A stretch of 46,839 bases of DNA, filler included, from Jimgerdemannia flammicorona (Eukaryota): the NCBI GenBank assembly GCA_003990765.1. It is 2 parts of 2 records of this genome, joined end to end, with 100 filler letters (N's around TTAATTAATTAA, not from the genome) between each part and the next. Parts side by side here need not be neighbours in the genome. Positions count along the whole stretch, not along the records: positions 1 to 23,371 come from RBNJ01001114.1; 1 more part is not named here. One strand, 5' to 3'. The position numbers and the translations under genes are program-made. Within the stretch, counting starts at the first letter, position 1; every line of letters starts with the position of its first letter. Under the pieces are notes generated by a model. It saw only the letters and a list, made by a program, of their open reading frames with translations, did not search any database and had not been told where the DNA came from. Of this stretch, positions 1 to 12,771 are shown piece by piece.

Positions 1-430
1 CCCCCTCCCTAGGCTCGCCTTGCCCTTCCCCTCAGCAGCACCAGCCCTTCCCCCAGCTGGCCACCCACTCCCCTTGACCTTGTCTGCAAAGCTCGGGAGC
101 CCAGACTTTCCCCCATTGTCGCCAGCCGACCCTTGCCCACCAGCCCTGTCTCCTCCTCCACCACGGCCTCCTGCCAGCAGGCCCCTCATGCTTCCCCCCA
201 AGCCAGGACCTCTCCCCACATTCTGCCATTCGAACGCTCCAGGGCCACCCTGCCCAGTACGCACCTCCGGATGCTCGTTGGTCGCCATGAAACTAGTAGC
301 TTTTCTCCAGAAACTGTGTCGAAAGTGTTGCCAAAGGGTTGTGTAACCTGAATGTTACCGGAGAAAGATGTCGAGAACTGTTGCTTGAAGTTTTGTATAA
401 CGTGAATTGTACAGGAGAAAGGTGCCATTC

Positions 431-431
<1 letters not shown>
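1..431 (-). mobile_element. 5' end of a LINE (5'UTR plus start of ORF1, running off the window edge)
   Basis: Minus-strand ATG at 288 opens a stop-free 96-codon Gly-rich frame to position 1 (MATNEHPEVRTGQGG...GLPSFADKVKGSGW...). SFADKVK resembles the S(Y/F)AxxV motif of LINE ORF1 N-termini. The G-rich strand bias matches the other LINEs in the window. Confidence 0.55.
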
Positions 432-470
<39 letters not shown>

Positions 471-486
471 CTACCGCATCGATATC

Positions 487-671
487 TTTTTTTTATTTTA
501 TAGTCACTTGGACTCCCATTCTTTATTAATACCTCTATAGATAATACATAAATGCCTCAATCCACCTCAACCGATGCCCCTTGGGTCCCCCTCCTCACCC
601 ACCCCACCCCCCTACCGAAGGACAACCCACCCACCCACTACCCTAATTCTTCCCTCACTCTTCTTACAAAT
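487..671 (-). mobile_element. 5'-truncated LINE 3' end
   Basis: Minus strand reads ICKKSEGRIRVVGGWVVLR*GGGVGEEGDPRGIG*, matching the ORF2 C-terminus at 27222-27779 (ICEQSGGRVGIV...PPRGIG*). It is followed by AATAAA, GGAGTCCAAGTGACTAT and an A-rich tail. Confidence 0.85.
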
Positions 672-3600
672 ACATTCCACCAATTTCCGTAATCTGGGTG
701 TCTTCTATGGTTACAATATCCCATTGCTTGAAAATGATGTTCCTGATTATTGATCTCTTGTTGTCTTGAGAATCAGTATCCATCTTGGTCATAAGTTGGT
801 GGAAGAGTAGATAAGGGGTATACTTCTGTTTGGGTGAAGAGGCCTTGTCCTCTGAATTGGCTTTTCAACTTGGTGGTAACTTCTTGGAAAGTAGTTGACT
901 TTGCAACTGTATTTGGGGTTCTGGTCTCTGGGGTCTCTGTCTCTCCTGTTAGTCTAGTAGATGGCACTGATAGCAGTAGTCTTGGGGGAGTGGAAGACCA
1001 TTTGGTGTGAGCATCTTTCTAGCCAAAAAGCCTTTTCTTGGTGAGTTTCTTTCTTGGGGATAATGGTGATTATACTGGGTCCTTCTTCCATATTTCAAGG
1101 GTCATTGTCTTCAGGTGGTGTCCAGTGAGAGTCATCCCAGGGAATGAGTTCAGGGACTTCTTCCTCTTCAGGTACTTCTTGTTTAGGAACTTCTTAGTCA
1201 GAGACTTCTTCTTCCTTGGATAATTCTTATCTCCAAATTGCTTGCACTTCTGCAGCTTTGACTGCAGGTGTTTCTGGAATATGTCTGCATTTCTTCTTCT
1301 TCTTTCTGCACTCTGGGCAGGTTGTGCCAGGCGATTTTCTTGTTCCCCTGATCTTGGAGGAGTGCTCAGGATACTTGTGTCTCTTGAGGCAGGTGGGACA
1401 TTCTTTGATTTCTCCTACAATGGCTCCAATGGTGATAGGGACAGTGTTCTTGGCCCATATATTGTCTTCTGGTCTATCATTCACTAGGTTAATTTGGGGG
1501 TTGAGTCCGGGATTATTTCCATCTTCAGATTCTTCTTCCTTCTCTATGATAGACTCTTTACTGCTGGCATATTCTTCCTGAATAGTGACCTTCTTCTTCT
1601 TCGATTGCTCATAGCTGGTCATCTTAACTCTGTACTTCTTGCCTTAGTAGTCAAACTTGAGTACTTGTTGACCAATATCAACAACTGTATTCATTTCTTT
1701 CATCCAGTTGGTACCAAGAATCATGTCATAGGTAACAGCTTCAGTGACAATAGCTTTTGGGATGGAGAACTGAATGTGTCTAAGAGAGATGGTGATATTT
1801 CATACTTCTCTAAGAGGTTGAGTTTGGGCTCCATCTGCTACTATGATGCTGAGGTTGGATAGTCCATCAATGGGCCATTGGAGGGTGTCTAGGAACTATT
1901 TAGCAATGATACAGACAGCTGCTCCTGTGTCTATAAGGATCTTCACCTTTTGTCCTCTAATATCTCTATGTAAGTAGGTGCTGACATATCTCTCTGCAGC
2001 CTGGATAGGTGTCATGGCTGGCTCTTGCTGTGCAATGAGAACTCAGCCAGTGCTAGATCTAGTGGTTCTTAGCAATTTATTTCAAACTCCAGCTGGTGTC
2101 AGTTGCAGGAACTGCAGAAGGGGAACTTCCATCTTAGCCTCTTGAACCTTCTGCCAGGCTTCATTGTAGATATCTCTAGGTATGGTCTTTGGGGTGTACT
2201 TCTTCTAGGGCTTTGAAGCAGCAGTTTCCCATTCTTCTTATTCCATTTCTTCATTCTCTGGTAGTAGCTTATTTGTCTTGAGGACAAAAGGTGAGGGAGT
2301 CCAGGACAGTGATTCTACTTGTTCTTCTTTATATTCTTCATCTTTCTTTTAGATAATTCTTCTGCTGATATTCCTGGATGGTCTTCCTATAGATCTCTTT
2401 CTTTTCTCTGCTGGATAGGCTGTTTTCCAAGTGGTAACCTTGGTAGGGTACAAGTCTAGGTCACTGTAGTCTTCACTGTTGCTTGCTTTCTTGAAATCTT
2501 CAACAGGATGGGCTTCTATCTTTTTGTACTGAGTGTCATTCCTTCAGTTAGATGATTCTGAGTCCCTTTGGTCACTTCTTTTATTATCATATTCAGTGGC
2601 ATAGTGTCTGAATTATCTATAGTGGAAGCATTGGACTTGGGCTCTGTCTTGGACAGAGTACCTTCTTTTTTCTTGCTGGTAATTCCTGTTATCTCTTGGT
2701 GGATAACCTTGGCTCCTCTGTAGTGGGTATCCTCTGTTGTCTTGGTAGCTCCAATTTTCATATATAGTGAGTTTTTCAATCTGTCCAATCAATTAGTCCA
2801 ACTTGGAGCTGAGGTCTTAAATTTCACTTCTGTCCTTCTTTCCTTTGGATGGCCTTCTTTCTTCAGATCTTTCTTATTCTTGAAGGAGTCCTTATAGTGC
2901 TTTGACCAGGATATGTATCTTCTTTATCTTCTTTCTTGTCATAATTACTCCAGGTAGTTCCTTGTCTGACATCAAAGAATCCTTGGGCTACATCTACTTA
3001 CTCTTCAGACCTTCCGATGCCTAGGGTGCAGACATACTGGGCAATATTCAGGGGAATTCTATTAATGAAGGTCATTGGACCTATAATGTCCTGGTTGGTG
3101 GCATTGAATCTGGCAGCATGCATTCTCTTCTGAATTCTTATAAAGAAGGCTCTGGGTAATTCTTCAAAATTCATCTTCATCTCTATGATGGATTCTTAAG
3201 CCTTGTGGTGGGTTTCATTTCCTGCATACTTTTCAATGAACCAGTAGACCATGGCCTCATATTCTAGCTCATAAGACATTGCTGCTTGTATCTGTCTTGC
3301 TAGTTCTGAATTTGGGTCATTTGCTATTCAGTGGAAAATTCCTCTGGCTTGTTCCCTGAGCTGAGCCTTATAGATAGCAATTTTTCTTTCATCTGAGAGA
3401 TTCCTCAGGGCTGTGATTCCTTCAATTCCATCAAGGAATTCTCTGGGGTCTTCCTCTGGGTATCCTGCAAAGGTTGGCAATGAGGTGGCCATTTTGTTGT
3501 CACTTTCTTCTTATTCTGGTTCTGGTTCAGATTCTGATTCTAATTCACTTTCTGAGCTGTCACTGGAGATGGGGTTGCTTGGGTATCCTGAGGATGGTGT

Positions 3601-4031
3601 TCTGGATCTTGGACGAAGTAGAATGAGCCTAGGTATTCTTGTATAAGCTACTTCCAACTCTGTAAGGGCTTGTGGTAAAGGTTTTATTGGTAAGATTGAT
3701 GGGACTGGTATGGGGTATCTGGCTGTAAGATCTTGGGCTTGTGTAATAAGATCTTCTAGTTCTTGTGCAAGTTCTTCAAAATCTCCAACTGGGCCACCTA
3801 TGTTATCTGGTTGGTCTAGTTGGAGATTTCAGATGGTACTGCTTTCTGGTTCTGGTTGGGATCCTTCTGATGCTGGGTAGTTGGCAAGTCTTGATGTGAT
3901 TACTTCTCTTCCTGTCCAGATGCTGGTAATAACTGGTTCTCCTGTAGTGGCAGAGATTGGTGTTGTATCAAATGTATCCAATTTGACTGTGGGTTCTTGT
4001 GAGCTGAAAAGTCATGTCTATTTTGAAATCT

Positions 4032-4048
4032 TCCCAGTTGAGCCCCCA
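4032..4048 (-). other. Primer-binding site, tRNA-Pro type
   Basis: TGGGGGCTCAACTGGGA lies two bases after the LTR terminal CA. TGGGGGCTC is complementary to the conserved ...GAGCCCCCA 3' end of eukaryotic tRNA-Pro. Confidence 0.75.
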
Positions 4049-4999
4049 AATGTAATGTGCCTAGCTCAATGGAGGCAAATTACAAGGTTGGGGGTTGATG
4101 TAGTTTGGCTTGAGCCCCCAGTTACTTTGTTAAAAGCAACAAAATGTTCTTGGTGTTTAGTGGTATAATAGTCAATCTGGATATCTGCGAGCGATTTGTG
4201 TGTTGATTTCCTAATTGGGATGGTTCTCTGGGTGTAGTGGCGATTTGTGAAGGGGTTTCCTTCTTGGGTCAACTGGGAATTGGTAGAATTTCGTATGTAG
4301 CATGACGATCTCCAAAAGTATGCGATTTCTGGCATGACGATCTTGTGTCCAAAAGTATGCGATTTCTGGTGGATAGCTTGATTTGGCGCGGCTTCCCTGA
4401 AATGGCAGCTTACTGGGAATTATACTGGTGGTGGGTTCTCCGAATCGGGCTCACTGGGAATAATAACTCGGGTGTTGCGGATTCTTCCTGAATCGGTGGC
4501 TTCAACTGGGAATGCGGATAACTTGAAAATGGCGAATGACGCAGATTCTCTTGAATCAGCAGACTTCTTGAAATCGGCGGCTTCAACTGGGAAAGGGTCT
4601 CTTGGCAAAGTTACGTTAAAGACTGACTTCGTTTGTGCGACGGATCACTGCGAAGTTGTGTCAGAAACTGGCTTGAGCAAGGTGGCTTTCTCTTAGGTGG
4701 AAATCTTCAGGCTTTTCTAGCAAGCGAACCAATAATTCCAAAGGCAGCAAAGTTCTTCACTCGAACTTGGCAGCAAAATCTTCAAGCTTTGTATCAGAAA
4801 GTGGACCAGAGTGGAAAGGGGACCAATGCTCAATCTTTAGAGGCTTCTTTGGTATTTGTATTTTGGACTGAGGTTTTATTCACTCTTGTCTCTGGGGTAA
4901 TTTATATATTGTGGTTGCTATCTGGTTGCTACATGGCTAACTATAGATTTACTACTTCTGGTAATGTTTGGGTGTATCCTCTGGGTACAGGTGTGTCCA

Positions 5000-5056
5000 C
5001 AGGACATGAGTGTGTCTGCAGGACATGAGTGTGTCTGCAGGACATGAGTGTGTCTG
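5000..5056. repeat. 3 x 19-bp perfect tandem repeat (CAGGACATGAGTGTGTCTG) within the LTR U3 region
   Basis: Directly visible at 5000-5018, 5019-5037 and 5038-5056. Confidence 0.95.
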
Positions 5057-5229
5057 CCAGTCACAGATGTATTCTCAGGACACAGATAAACAATCCTGAT
5101 CTGGTATCCTGGCTAATTATATAAGTAACTATGATATACTGGAAGTTATGTCATGCTGGGTAAGTATGCCAATTGTTTACATCATCTGGCTAAGTTATAA
5201 TTCAGGTGGTATGTTTTGGTTTGTTATAA

Positions 5230-6960
5230 TATATATAATATTTATTATATAGTAATTCTGATCATTTTTACAATAATTTTTAACTATCAAAGTAAAGATA
5301 GTTAATCTTTATTTTATCAGAGAGAATAACTTATTTTCTGTCCTTGACTATTTAGTCTTTATATTTGAAGATAAATATATAATAAGTCTAATATATTATT
5401 TAAATCATCTGCACTTCTTTAGCTTTACAATTACCTTTATATATACTCTCTTTTTTCAGTATTCTCTATATTATTTTTATACTTACAGAAGGTTTGCCAT
5501 TATGTTGAAGTTTATTTTGAATTTCTTTTCTAATCTCTTAGAGTGTTTCTGCAATCTCAGTTATAGTTTTCACCTTATCAATCATAATCTGACAAATGAT
5601 CCATATTCTATTCTCAGCTGAGAATATATGAAAGTAATCTCTTTTTAGTAGTATAATCTTGCTACAAAACTTTTTTCATATATGAGAAATAGTTATAGTA
5701 GTAATGTCTATTTATTTGGTAATTTTACTTACTAATATATCAGACTTTAGAGTAGATGATATAATTGTAAAGGTTAACTGAGATTTTCTATTGTAAAAAG
5801 TATAGAGAAAAAGAGTGTATCAAAAAAAGTATATTAAAAATAATAAATTAGTAAAGTTTTAGATATATATAGAATAGTTCTAGAGTAGGAGTTAGTAAAT
5901 TAAATCCATTTGTTAAATAGTAGAAGACAACTTCTTACCAATGAGCAGTTTATTTAAAAAGGTTATACTTTAGATATAATTATTTATATTTAGTAAAATA
6001 TATACTATTTAAGCTCTTGACTTTTTTTTTCTTAATAGTTAAAATTTAGATTTTATAATATTCATATTTAGACTATAATAGGATGAGATTTAAAAATAAT
6101 AAAATATTGATAAGGTTTTATCTCTCACTTTATCTATAGATAGTAAATATTAGAGATAGTATAAGATACAAATATAGTAAAAGATATAATAGCTGATATA
6201 TAATCTACTATATCTATCTATCTAAATTGGTGAGATCTTCAATCTGTTCTATAATTATAATTATACAACTTTGTCTTATATTGTAACCAATCTCATATTG
6301 GTGTCAGATCTCTAGACAGCTATCTGATAGATACAGTCTATTAGTTATCTTCTTTATAATTGACTAGATCAGATTATTGATCTCTAGGTTAAGTAATACT
6401 AACTGATAATTTTATTATATTATACTCCTTGAGATATGGCTTTAGATTCTATCTATATATTAGGCTTAAGAAATGTTGATAGTTATTAGTTTGGTATCTG
6501 CTATTATATTGAGTAGATATCTTTTTCTATAATGAGGTTTGATTAATATCTAATCTAGATACTATAGCTACTTTTTTTATAACTTTTTGCTTTTCTTTAG
6601 TCTTATAGATCTTAGTCTTTTAGAAGTACTCCTGACTGCTGTTTGATCTTGACCTTGTTCTGAATAATCTGTAACTGTTCTTTGATCCCATATCTCAAAC
6701 AACCTATTATATTATTAGCTATGTATTTTCTTTCTTGGGTCAGCAGAGATTACTAGTTATCTGAGGAAATCTTTGCCTTCTTTAGACAGTATTTAAGTCT
6801 ATAGATCAATTTGTTTTTAACCTTACAAGGGGAGTTGGTTGCCCTGTTAAGGCATTAGGCTTCTGGTCTGCAGGCTAAAGATGTGATCTATTCTGAGTCC
6901 TTCTGGTAAAAAGCTATCACACTATATACAGTGCAACTTGATACCATAGAAGTTTCTTGT
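5230..6960 (-). mobile_element. Heavily decayed LTR-retrotransposon remnant
   Basis: AT-rich and CpG-free. Weak remnants of a Cys knuckle (HCI*CDS at ~6925-6905) and of the integrase PYHPQTNG motif (FYYLTNGF at ~5925-5900). Confidence 0.4.
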
Positions 6961-6963
6961 CCT

Positions 6964-6965
<2 letters not shown>

Positions 6966-6998
<33 letters not shown>

Positions 6999-7405
6999 GT
7001 CCCTTGGACTCCGTCTTTATTACCAGTCTATGAATAATTATACAGTATCACCACCCATTAACCAATCCCCATCTGGGGGCCCCACCCCACCCCTTCACGT
7101 CTAAAGACCACCCTCTCGCCAACAACTCCAACTTTACCCCCACTCTGCTCACAGATTTTCAACACCAAGCGGCGCCGTTGACCCCCCTGCAGCCTCCAAC
7201 CAAACCACCAGCCCGTCAAGGTATCCTCCATAAGAAACTGCCACCTTGCCAACTGGCTCCCCAAGCTCGGTCGCCTCTCCCCCTCAAATACAAATAGCCA
7301 ATGGCCGGCCAGCCCAACCCAAATCGCCAACGCCCAACCTAACGTGATCCATTCATCCCCTACCCCTCCTATCAATCTATCCCTCAGGTCCTCCCACCTC
7401 AGCAT
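6966..7405 (-). mobile_element. 5'-truncated LINE 3' end with poly(A) tail
   Basis: ORF 7058-7405 (WEDLR...GWALAIWVGLAGHWLFVFE...LVLKICEQSGG...PQMGIG*) is homologous to 27222-27779. AATAAA and a 30-nt A tail (T run 6966-6995) follow. Confidence 0.92.
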
Positions 7406-7959
7406 AATAAGTTATATATATATTCTTTTATTTTATATTAGATATATTTAAAATTTTACTTTATAAATTTATTTTAGAAATAAACAAATAAAATTTATTA
7501 ATATAAAATAATGAAAATTTTAAATTTTATACATTATTTTTTATAAAATATTTTTATATTAATAAATTAATAATTTAATCAATATTTTGATAATTATAAT
7601 TGCTAGTGGCCAAGAGCTACGACCAACATATAATTGAGATATATCCACGACAAAGCGTTGGAAGAGAGCACTCGCAAAAGATTGGCCCAGGAGATCAGGG
7701 ATCGACACTTCGACGTTATGTGACGTCATGTTCACATTTAAGCGTCATACGAATCTGACACGTTGATGATCTTGATCTCTTTTTGTCCATGTGAGCTAAG
7801 TGCCGCATGTGAGACGGGTCGTGCCGGGCTTTCACATGCCTGGGCATTGTATAAAATAAAAAAAAAGATGAAGCATTAGTCATGGGCGACCAATGGGCCC
7901 CAGTCACATGACACGGAACAAAACAATCCTGCACCTACTGCCCCGCATTTGACACGTTG

Positions 7960-7965
7960 TATAAA
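7960..7965 (+). promoter_or_regulatory. Putative TATA box of the thiolase gene
   Basis: TATAAA 74 nt upstream of the ATG, followed by a CT-rich tract. A TGACGTCA (CRE-like) palindrome lies at 7721-7728. Confidence 0.4.
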
Positions 7966-8033
7966 TTTCCTCACCCTGGACCCTCCGTCCCTCCTTCTCT
8001 TCACACCCTTCCTTGCAAACAAACATCCCCCAA

Positions 8034-9676
8034 ATGGCCTCCCAACGTCTTGAGCTCATCTCGTCCCACCTCACCGCTCAGCCTACGGCCTCCTCAAATG
8101 TCACAAGGATCGGTGCCAAGAGCCCCGACGACATCGTCATCGTTTCCGCTCTCCGCACTCCCATCATCCGTGCGCGGAAGGGTCCCTTCAAGGATACCCT
8201 CCCTGAAGGTACGTTATTTATGCGAATCGAAGGAGAGAGCTGTTCCGTTATGTAGGAACCAGTTGGGAAATAATGGTAAAAAAGAAAAGAAAGAAAGCAA
8301 GAAAGGAAACTGCGTAGAGGGTGGCTTTTTCCTCTGCCGTATTCTTGTGATTTCTCCAATTGACGATGCTCCAATTTGATCCACAGAGCTTCTCGCTGCC
8401 GTCCTAAAGGCCACCATCGAAAAGACCGGGATCAAACCCGAACTGGTCCAAGATATTGCCGTCGGTAACGTCCTCCCTCCCGGAGGTGGTGCCAGTGCTG
8501 CCCGCATGGCCGCTCTCTACGCTGGTTTTCCAGAGAGCACCGCCATCAACACCGTCAACCGCCAGTGCTCCTCGGGTCTGCAGGCCACAGTTCAGATCGT
8601 CACTGCCATTCAGACTGGTTTGATTGATATTGGCATTGGCGCCGGGGTGGAAAGCATGACCACTAACTACGGTGCCGCTGCACTGGGCAACACCTCCGAG
8701 AAGATTGCTTCTGCGAACCAGGCTGCTGCTGACTGTCTCCTACCCATGGGGTATGCATTTATTTGTTGTATCATTTGGCTGAAGTGGGCACATGGACCAA
8801 CTCGCGAAATCGTTTACATCTTGTTCCCCTTATAGCATCACGTCTGAGAACGTTGCCGCCGATTTTGGCATCACCCGTGATAAGCAAGACACCTTCTCTG
8901 CGCGCTCCCACCACCTCGCCTCCGCCGCCCAAAAGGCCGGTCTTTTCAACGCCGAGATCATCCCCGTTACCACTACTGTGCTCGACAAGGACGGCAAAGA
9001 GGTCACCGTCACCGTCGATAAGGACGACGGTATTCGCGAGGGTGTCACCTCCCAGTCGCTATCCAAACTTAAACCCGCTTTCTCAGCAACAGGTACCACC
9101 ACTGCCGGTAATGCCTCTCAGGTCTCGGACGGTGCTGCTGCAGTCCTCCTCATGAAACGCGCCACCGCCGAAAGGCTTGGTTTGCCCATCCAGGGCAAGT
9201 ACATCACCTCGGCGGTCGTCGGTGTGCCGCCTAAGATTATGGGTGTGGGTCCGGCGTACGCTATCCCGATTGCCCTCGCCAAAGCTAACATCAAGGTGTC
9301 GGATGTGGACATTTTTGAAATCAACGAGGCGTTCGCTTCGCAGGCCGTGTACTGCGTTGAGAAGCTCGGCATTGATATCAACAAGGTGAACCCTAAGGGT
9401 GGTGCTATCGCCTTGGGTCATCCTCTTGGTAAGTAACAATCGTCGGCTTGTTGTAAACCGGAGCATGGGAATCACTTTGGTTATCAATATATACTGTCAT
9501 TTTTCGAACGAAAGCAACTCACCACTATCAAACATATCGAATCAATAGGCGCTACTGGTGCACGTCAGATCGCCACCCTCCTCACTGAGCTCAAGCGCCA
9601 AAATAAGCGTGTTGGCGTTACTTCTATGTGCATAGGTTCGGGCATGGGCATGGCTGCTGTCTTTGAGCGCGAGTAG
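8034..9676 (+). CDS. POT1: Peroxisomal 3-ketoacyl-CoA thiolase, 419 aa; exons 8034-8208, 8387-8750, 8836-9428, 9549-9676
   Basis: Three GT..AG introns join an uninterrupted 1260-nt frame. N-terminal PTS2 RLELISSHL (RLx5HL). Thiolase motifs NRQCSSGLQA (catalytic Cys), FEINEAFA, GGAIALGHPLGATG and SMCIGSGMGMA. Confidence 0.96.
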
Positions 9677-12600
9677 ATTTATGTATAGCTAGTTTGAATT
9701 CCGAGCGGAATTAGACGGACGAATCTCCTTGGGAACCCAAAGCATATAACATATTCGGTTTCTTTTTTTTTTTTTTTTTTTTTTTTTTCAATCGTTTACG
9801 GTCTCCTGTGTTATTCTTTCTCCATGCTTTTCGCCACTCGTTGTGATCAGGCCAATAAATGAAGCACACATTTTAATTGTATGACGAAGAGAACCAAATG
9901 GTTAGTCTTGGGCTAGACCTACGCTCCATCTTATTGCCATTCAACGGAAATACGAGGCAAATGCTTGAAGCGTGGCCTGACGAAATCAGATTTCGGAAAC
10001 CCATTTGGCCGGGTTGGTTGCACCTGACACACAAACGTCCATCGACCAGCCCAACACATTGATCCTTCCCGCACAGGTATGTTTGACCTGCCCGATCGCG
10101 CTGTCATATCGGCTGAGGGTCAGGCCCCAGAGATGCGCCACTCATGTTGTAGTTTCGGGATGTTGTTCCAGAGAGAGGTGCAGTGAGGGTCAGAATAAGT
10201 GGAGGTACATAGTGTATGGCAGAATACTCGTGCATCTCACATCTCACACGCCGATCCAAAAAAAAAAAGGACCGCAAGCAGGGCGCCCGCGTCATCGGTG
10301 GAATGGACACACACCAGTGAACCAAATGTCAATGGCTAAGGGTGAGGTGAGATGAAGTCGAAGGGCGTTAGGGTCACCATAATGAAAATGTGTAATTGAG
10401 CAGAGACATGATCCTGGAAAGAGAAGGTTAAATGGACTACTCTCAACAATGCCTCCGGCGCGCCGAATCCCTTTGTCCGGACCGGAATGTTCTAACAAAC
10501 CAAAGAGGTTCGCCGAATGAATCAAAAACCGCAAACAAACACCTCCATGATCAAACACACATCCAACAACTTCCCTCCCTGTCCACAAATATATATAGTT
10601 CTCGAATGGTTATTCTTACTCCATGGGACCATCGTGTGGAAATAGGCCGATTGCGAGCTTCCCCGCCCCGAACCTTCTCAAAGAAGATGCTGTCTCCTCC
10701 TTTCGCCTCTCTTGTGTTCCACTGCTGTTTATTGGTGGGACGGAGCAACGTCCTGTGCCGATCCGGTTCTTCTCGCTGGGGGAACAGGGGACCGAACGAA
10801 AGAATGTTAGGATGTATAAATGTGGTAGCCGCCTCGTCTATGCCATCCCAAAGTCGACGTAGATCCCCATCTCCTTGTGCACGTAATACAAGTTACTGTA
10901 GTGGATGATGTCAATGAACGTGGATGTACTGAAGCGAGCGGAAATAGCACTGGATGTCTAGCATAGGTAACATGGGGCAGAAGTCCAATGAGGAAAGAGA
11001 GGAAAGGTGCGGATCGGTTTTGTCTTTGTAATGAGATTATAACCTACTAGACTAACCATAACGGAATAGGCATTAGCTTGGATTCAGCAACCAGATCAAG
11101 AATTGCCCAATTTGGATATCAGTTCTCAACAAGATATTCGGGTACTACGAAGGAACAGGTTCTCACAACTGTTGCATGACGCCATTTGTTGATTCACGCG
11201 GGCCACAACATTTTCAACATGACAGAGGACTATCTTGACATCGACTTGCTCCTTATGAGTTGGCCAGGATCCCATGAAGCTTTGAACGTTGCCCCAGGAG
11301 CCTATGAAGCTTTGAAAGCCAACGGGCTAATTTGGATAGTGACTACAGAGAGGTCATCCATGAACGTGAAGTAGAAGACCAGTAGTCGCTGTCAAAATCG
11401 GTTATCCTAAAAGCATGCCGAGCAAACCATTACCATAAATAGTCGAACAAGCCAAAAATGTGGATGTGAAGAGTTCGAAGTCAAGAACAAGGATGCTCCT
11501 GATTCCGTAGGTAATTAGAGATAGAGACGATAACTTAGATTTACAAATAATTGATGCCTGGAATGCCGAGGTGCAGACGAACGCTCGAGGAGACTCTTAA
11601 CAAGCATATTGGATTTCGTTCACTCCAAAGCTGCCGACACTACGCTACATTTATATTTTTGTATCTTTTCTTTCGGAGGGGTGGACCCACGTCTCTAAAG
11701 AGCTACAACCGATGTGTCGAGCAGGATGTGGAAGGAGAACCACATAAAAAATGATTTCTGACGAGGGAGAGTCCTAAATTCATAGAGTTTATCGGATTAA
11801 TGAGAAGAGCGGAGTAGAATAACATCAGTGCACGATGCCCGCGATCTGAGAGATCTCCTTCAGAGTTTATCACCAATTTTTAATAACGAGCTGAATTCTT
11901 CTCCCGCCAAATTGCTATGTAGCAGCAGCCGCACGCGCCGCGCCTGTGAGTTTGAAAATGGTTCCTGTACATGGTCTCTGACCTAGGAACCGGGCGCGGC
12001 TGTCAAAATTGACAGATGTATATATGCGATATGTATACTATCGTGACCTGATCATGGTGTGGGGCCTCGTTTTGAGGACTGTATATTCTATTTATGAGTC
12101 TTGTTTGAACTTCAGGATTACACACGGAAAAAGTGACGGCGATTCGGGGAGGGGCCTTGATGCATAAGAAAAAGTTCATACCTATTTATTGAAGAGTGTA
12201 GCATAAGGTTGCTTCTGTCTGATTTTGTATGGCTGTGAATCAGTTTTATAGATTCTTGCAAGTGAGAATCCTTAGCTAGCATTGGGGGCATGTGATGGAT
12301 GATGCTAAAGAAGGTCGGTTCTCCTTTATGGATTTGTAGTCGCGGGGGCATGGCCAAGGAGGAAAGTTCAGGGTGTATGTAACACGCCACAGCGATTGGA
12401 GGACCTAGATGTTCAAAAGGGGTATGGAGGAAATGATTTTGATTTTTGGAGTCTTAGAGAGTGTCACCGGGCTGGTTAGTTACCCGCCATAATGACACAC
12501 AGCACACAAACCAATAATCGCTGTGACTTCAGCCGCTCTTGCCGTTTTCAACCCAGATGCACATTGCCCTTTGCAACCCAGTTCTCTCTGCGACAAGATA

Positions 12601-12771
12601 AACCCCAAACCACTACGAGGAACACCCATCCCTCCCCCCTCAAACCCTCTCAACCATCCAGCCCCCCTCCCTGATTTCCGACCTGTGCCACCTCTCCCCT
12701 TCCCCCTCCCTGTCTTCCGAGAAACCCTTGTTTCCAAACCTCCGAAGCAGCAGCAGCAGCAGCAGCTCAAC

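Larger units (their letters stand above)
672..5228 (-). mobile_element. Decayed Ty3/Gypsy-like LTR retrotransposon, 5' half (LTR ~4051-5228, PBS, gag, zinc knuckle, aspartic protease), cut by the LINE fragment near the start of RT
   Basis: Gag-like MATSLPTFAGYPEEDPREFLDGIE at ~3490-3420. Decayed CCHC knuckle QCFHYR*FRHYATEY at ~2635-2590. Protease KILIDTGAAVCII at ~1945-1905 and DMILGTNW at ~1725. The LTR is bounded by TGTAAT (4051) and GTTATA (~5228, probably mutated GTTACA; this outer boundary is approximate). Many in-frame stops. Confidence 0.8.

Noticed and set aside
9877..12480. Short ORFs between thiolase and the ankyrin-DIL gene, including a ~30-bp duplication at ~11262-11316
   Set aside because: No recognisable domain or consistent splice model.
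12523..12771. Pro/Gln-rich N-terminal extension of the ankyrin-DIL ORF
   Set aside because: It depends on a GTG start. The sequence is a CT-rich promoter/5'UTR with a short CAG run, and the first ATG is at 12772.
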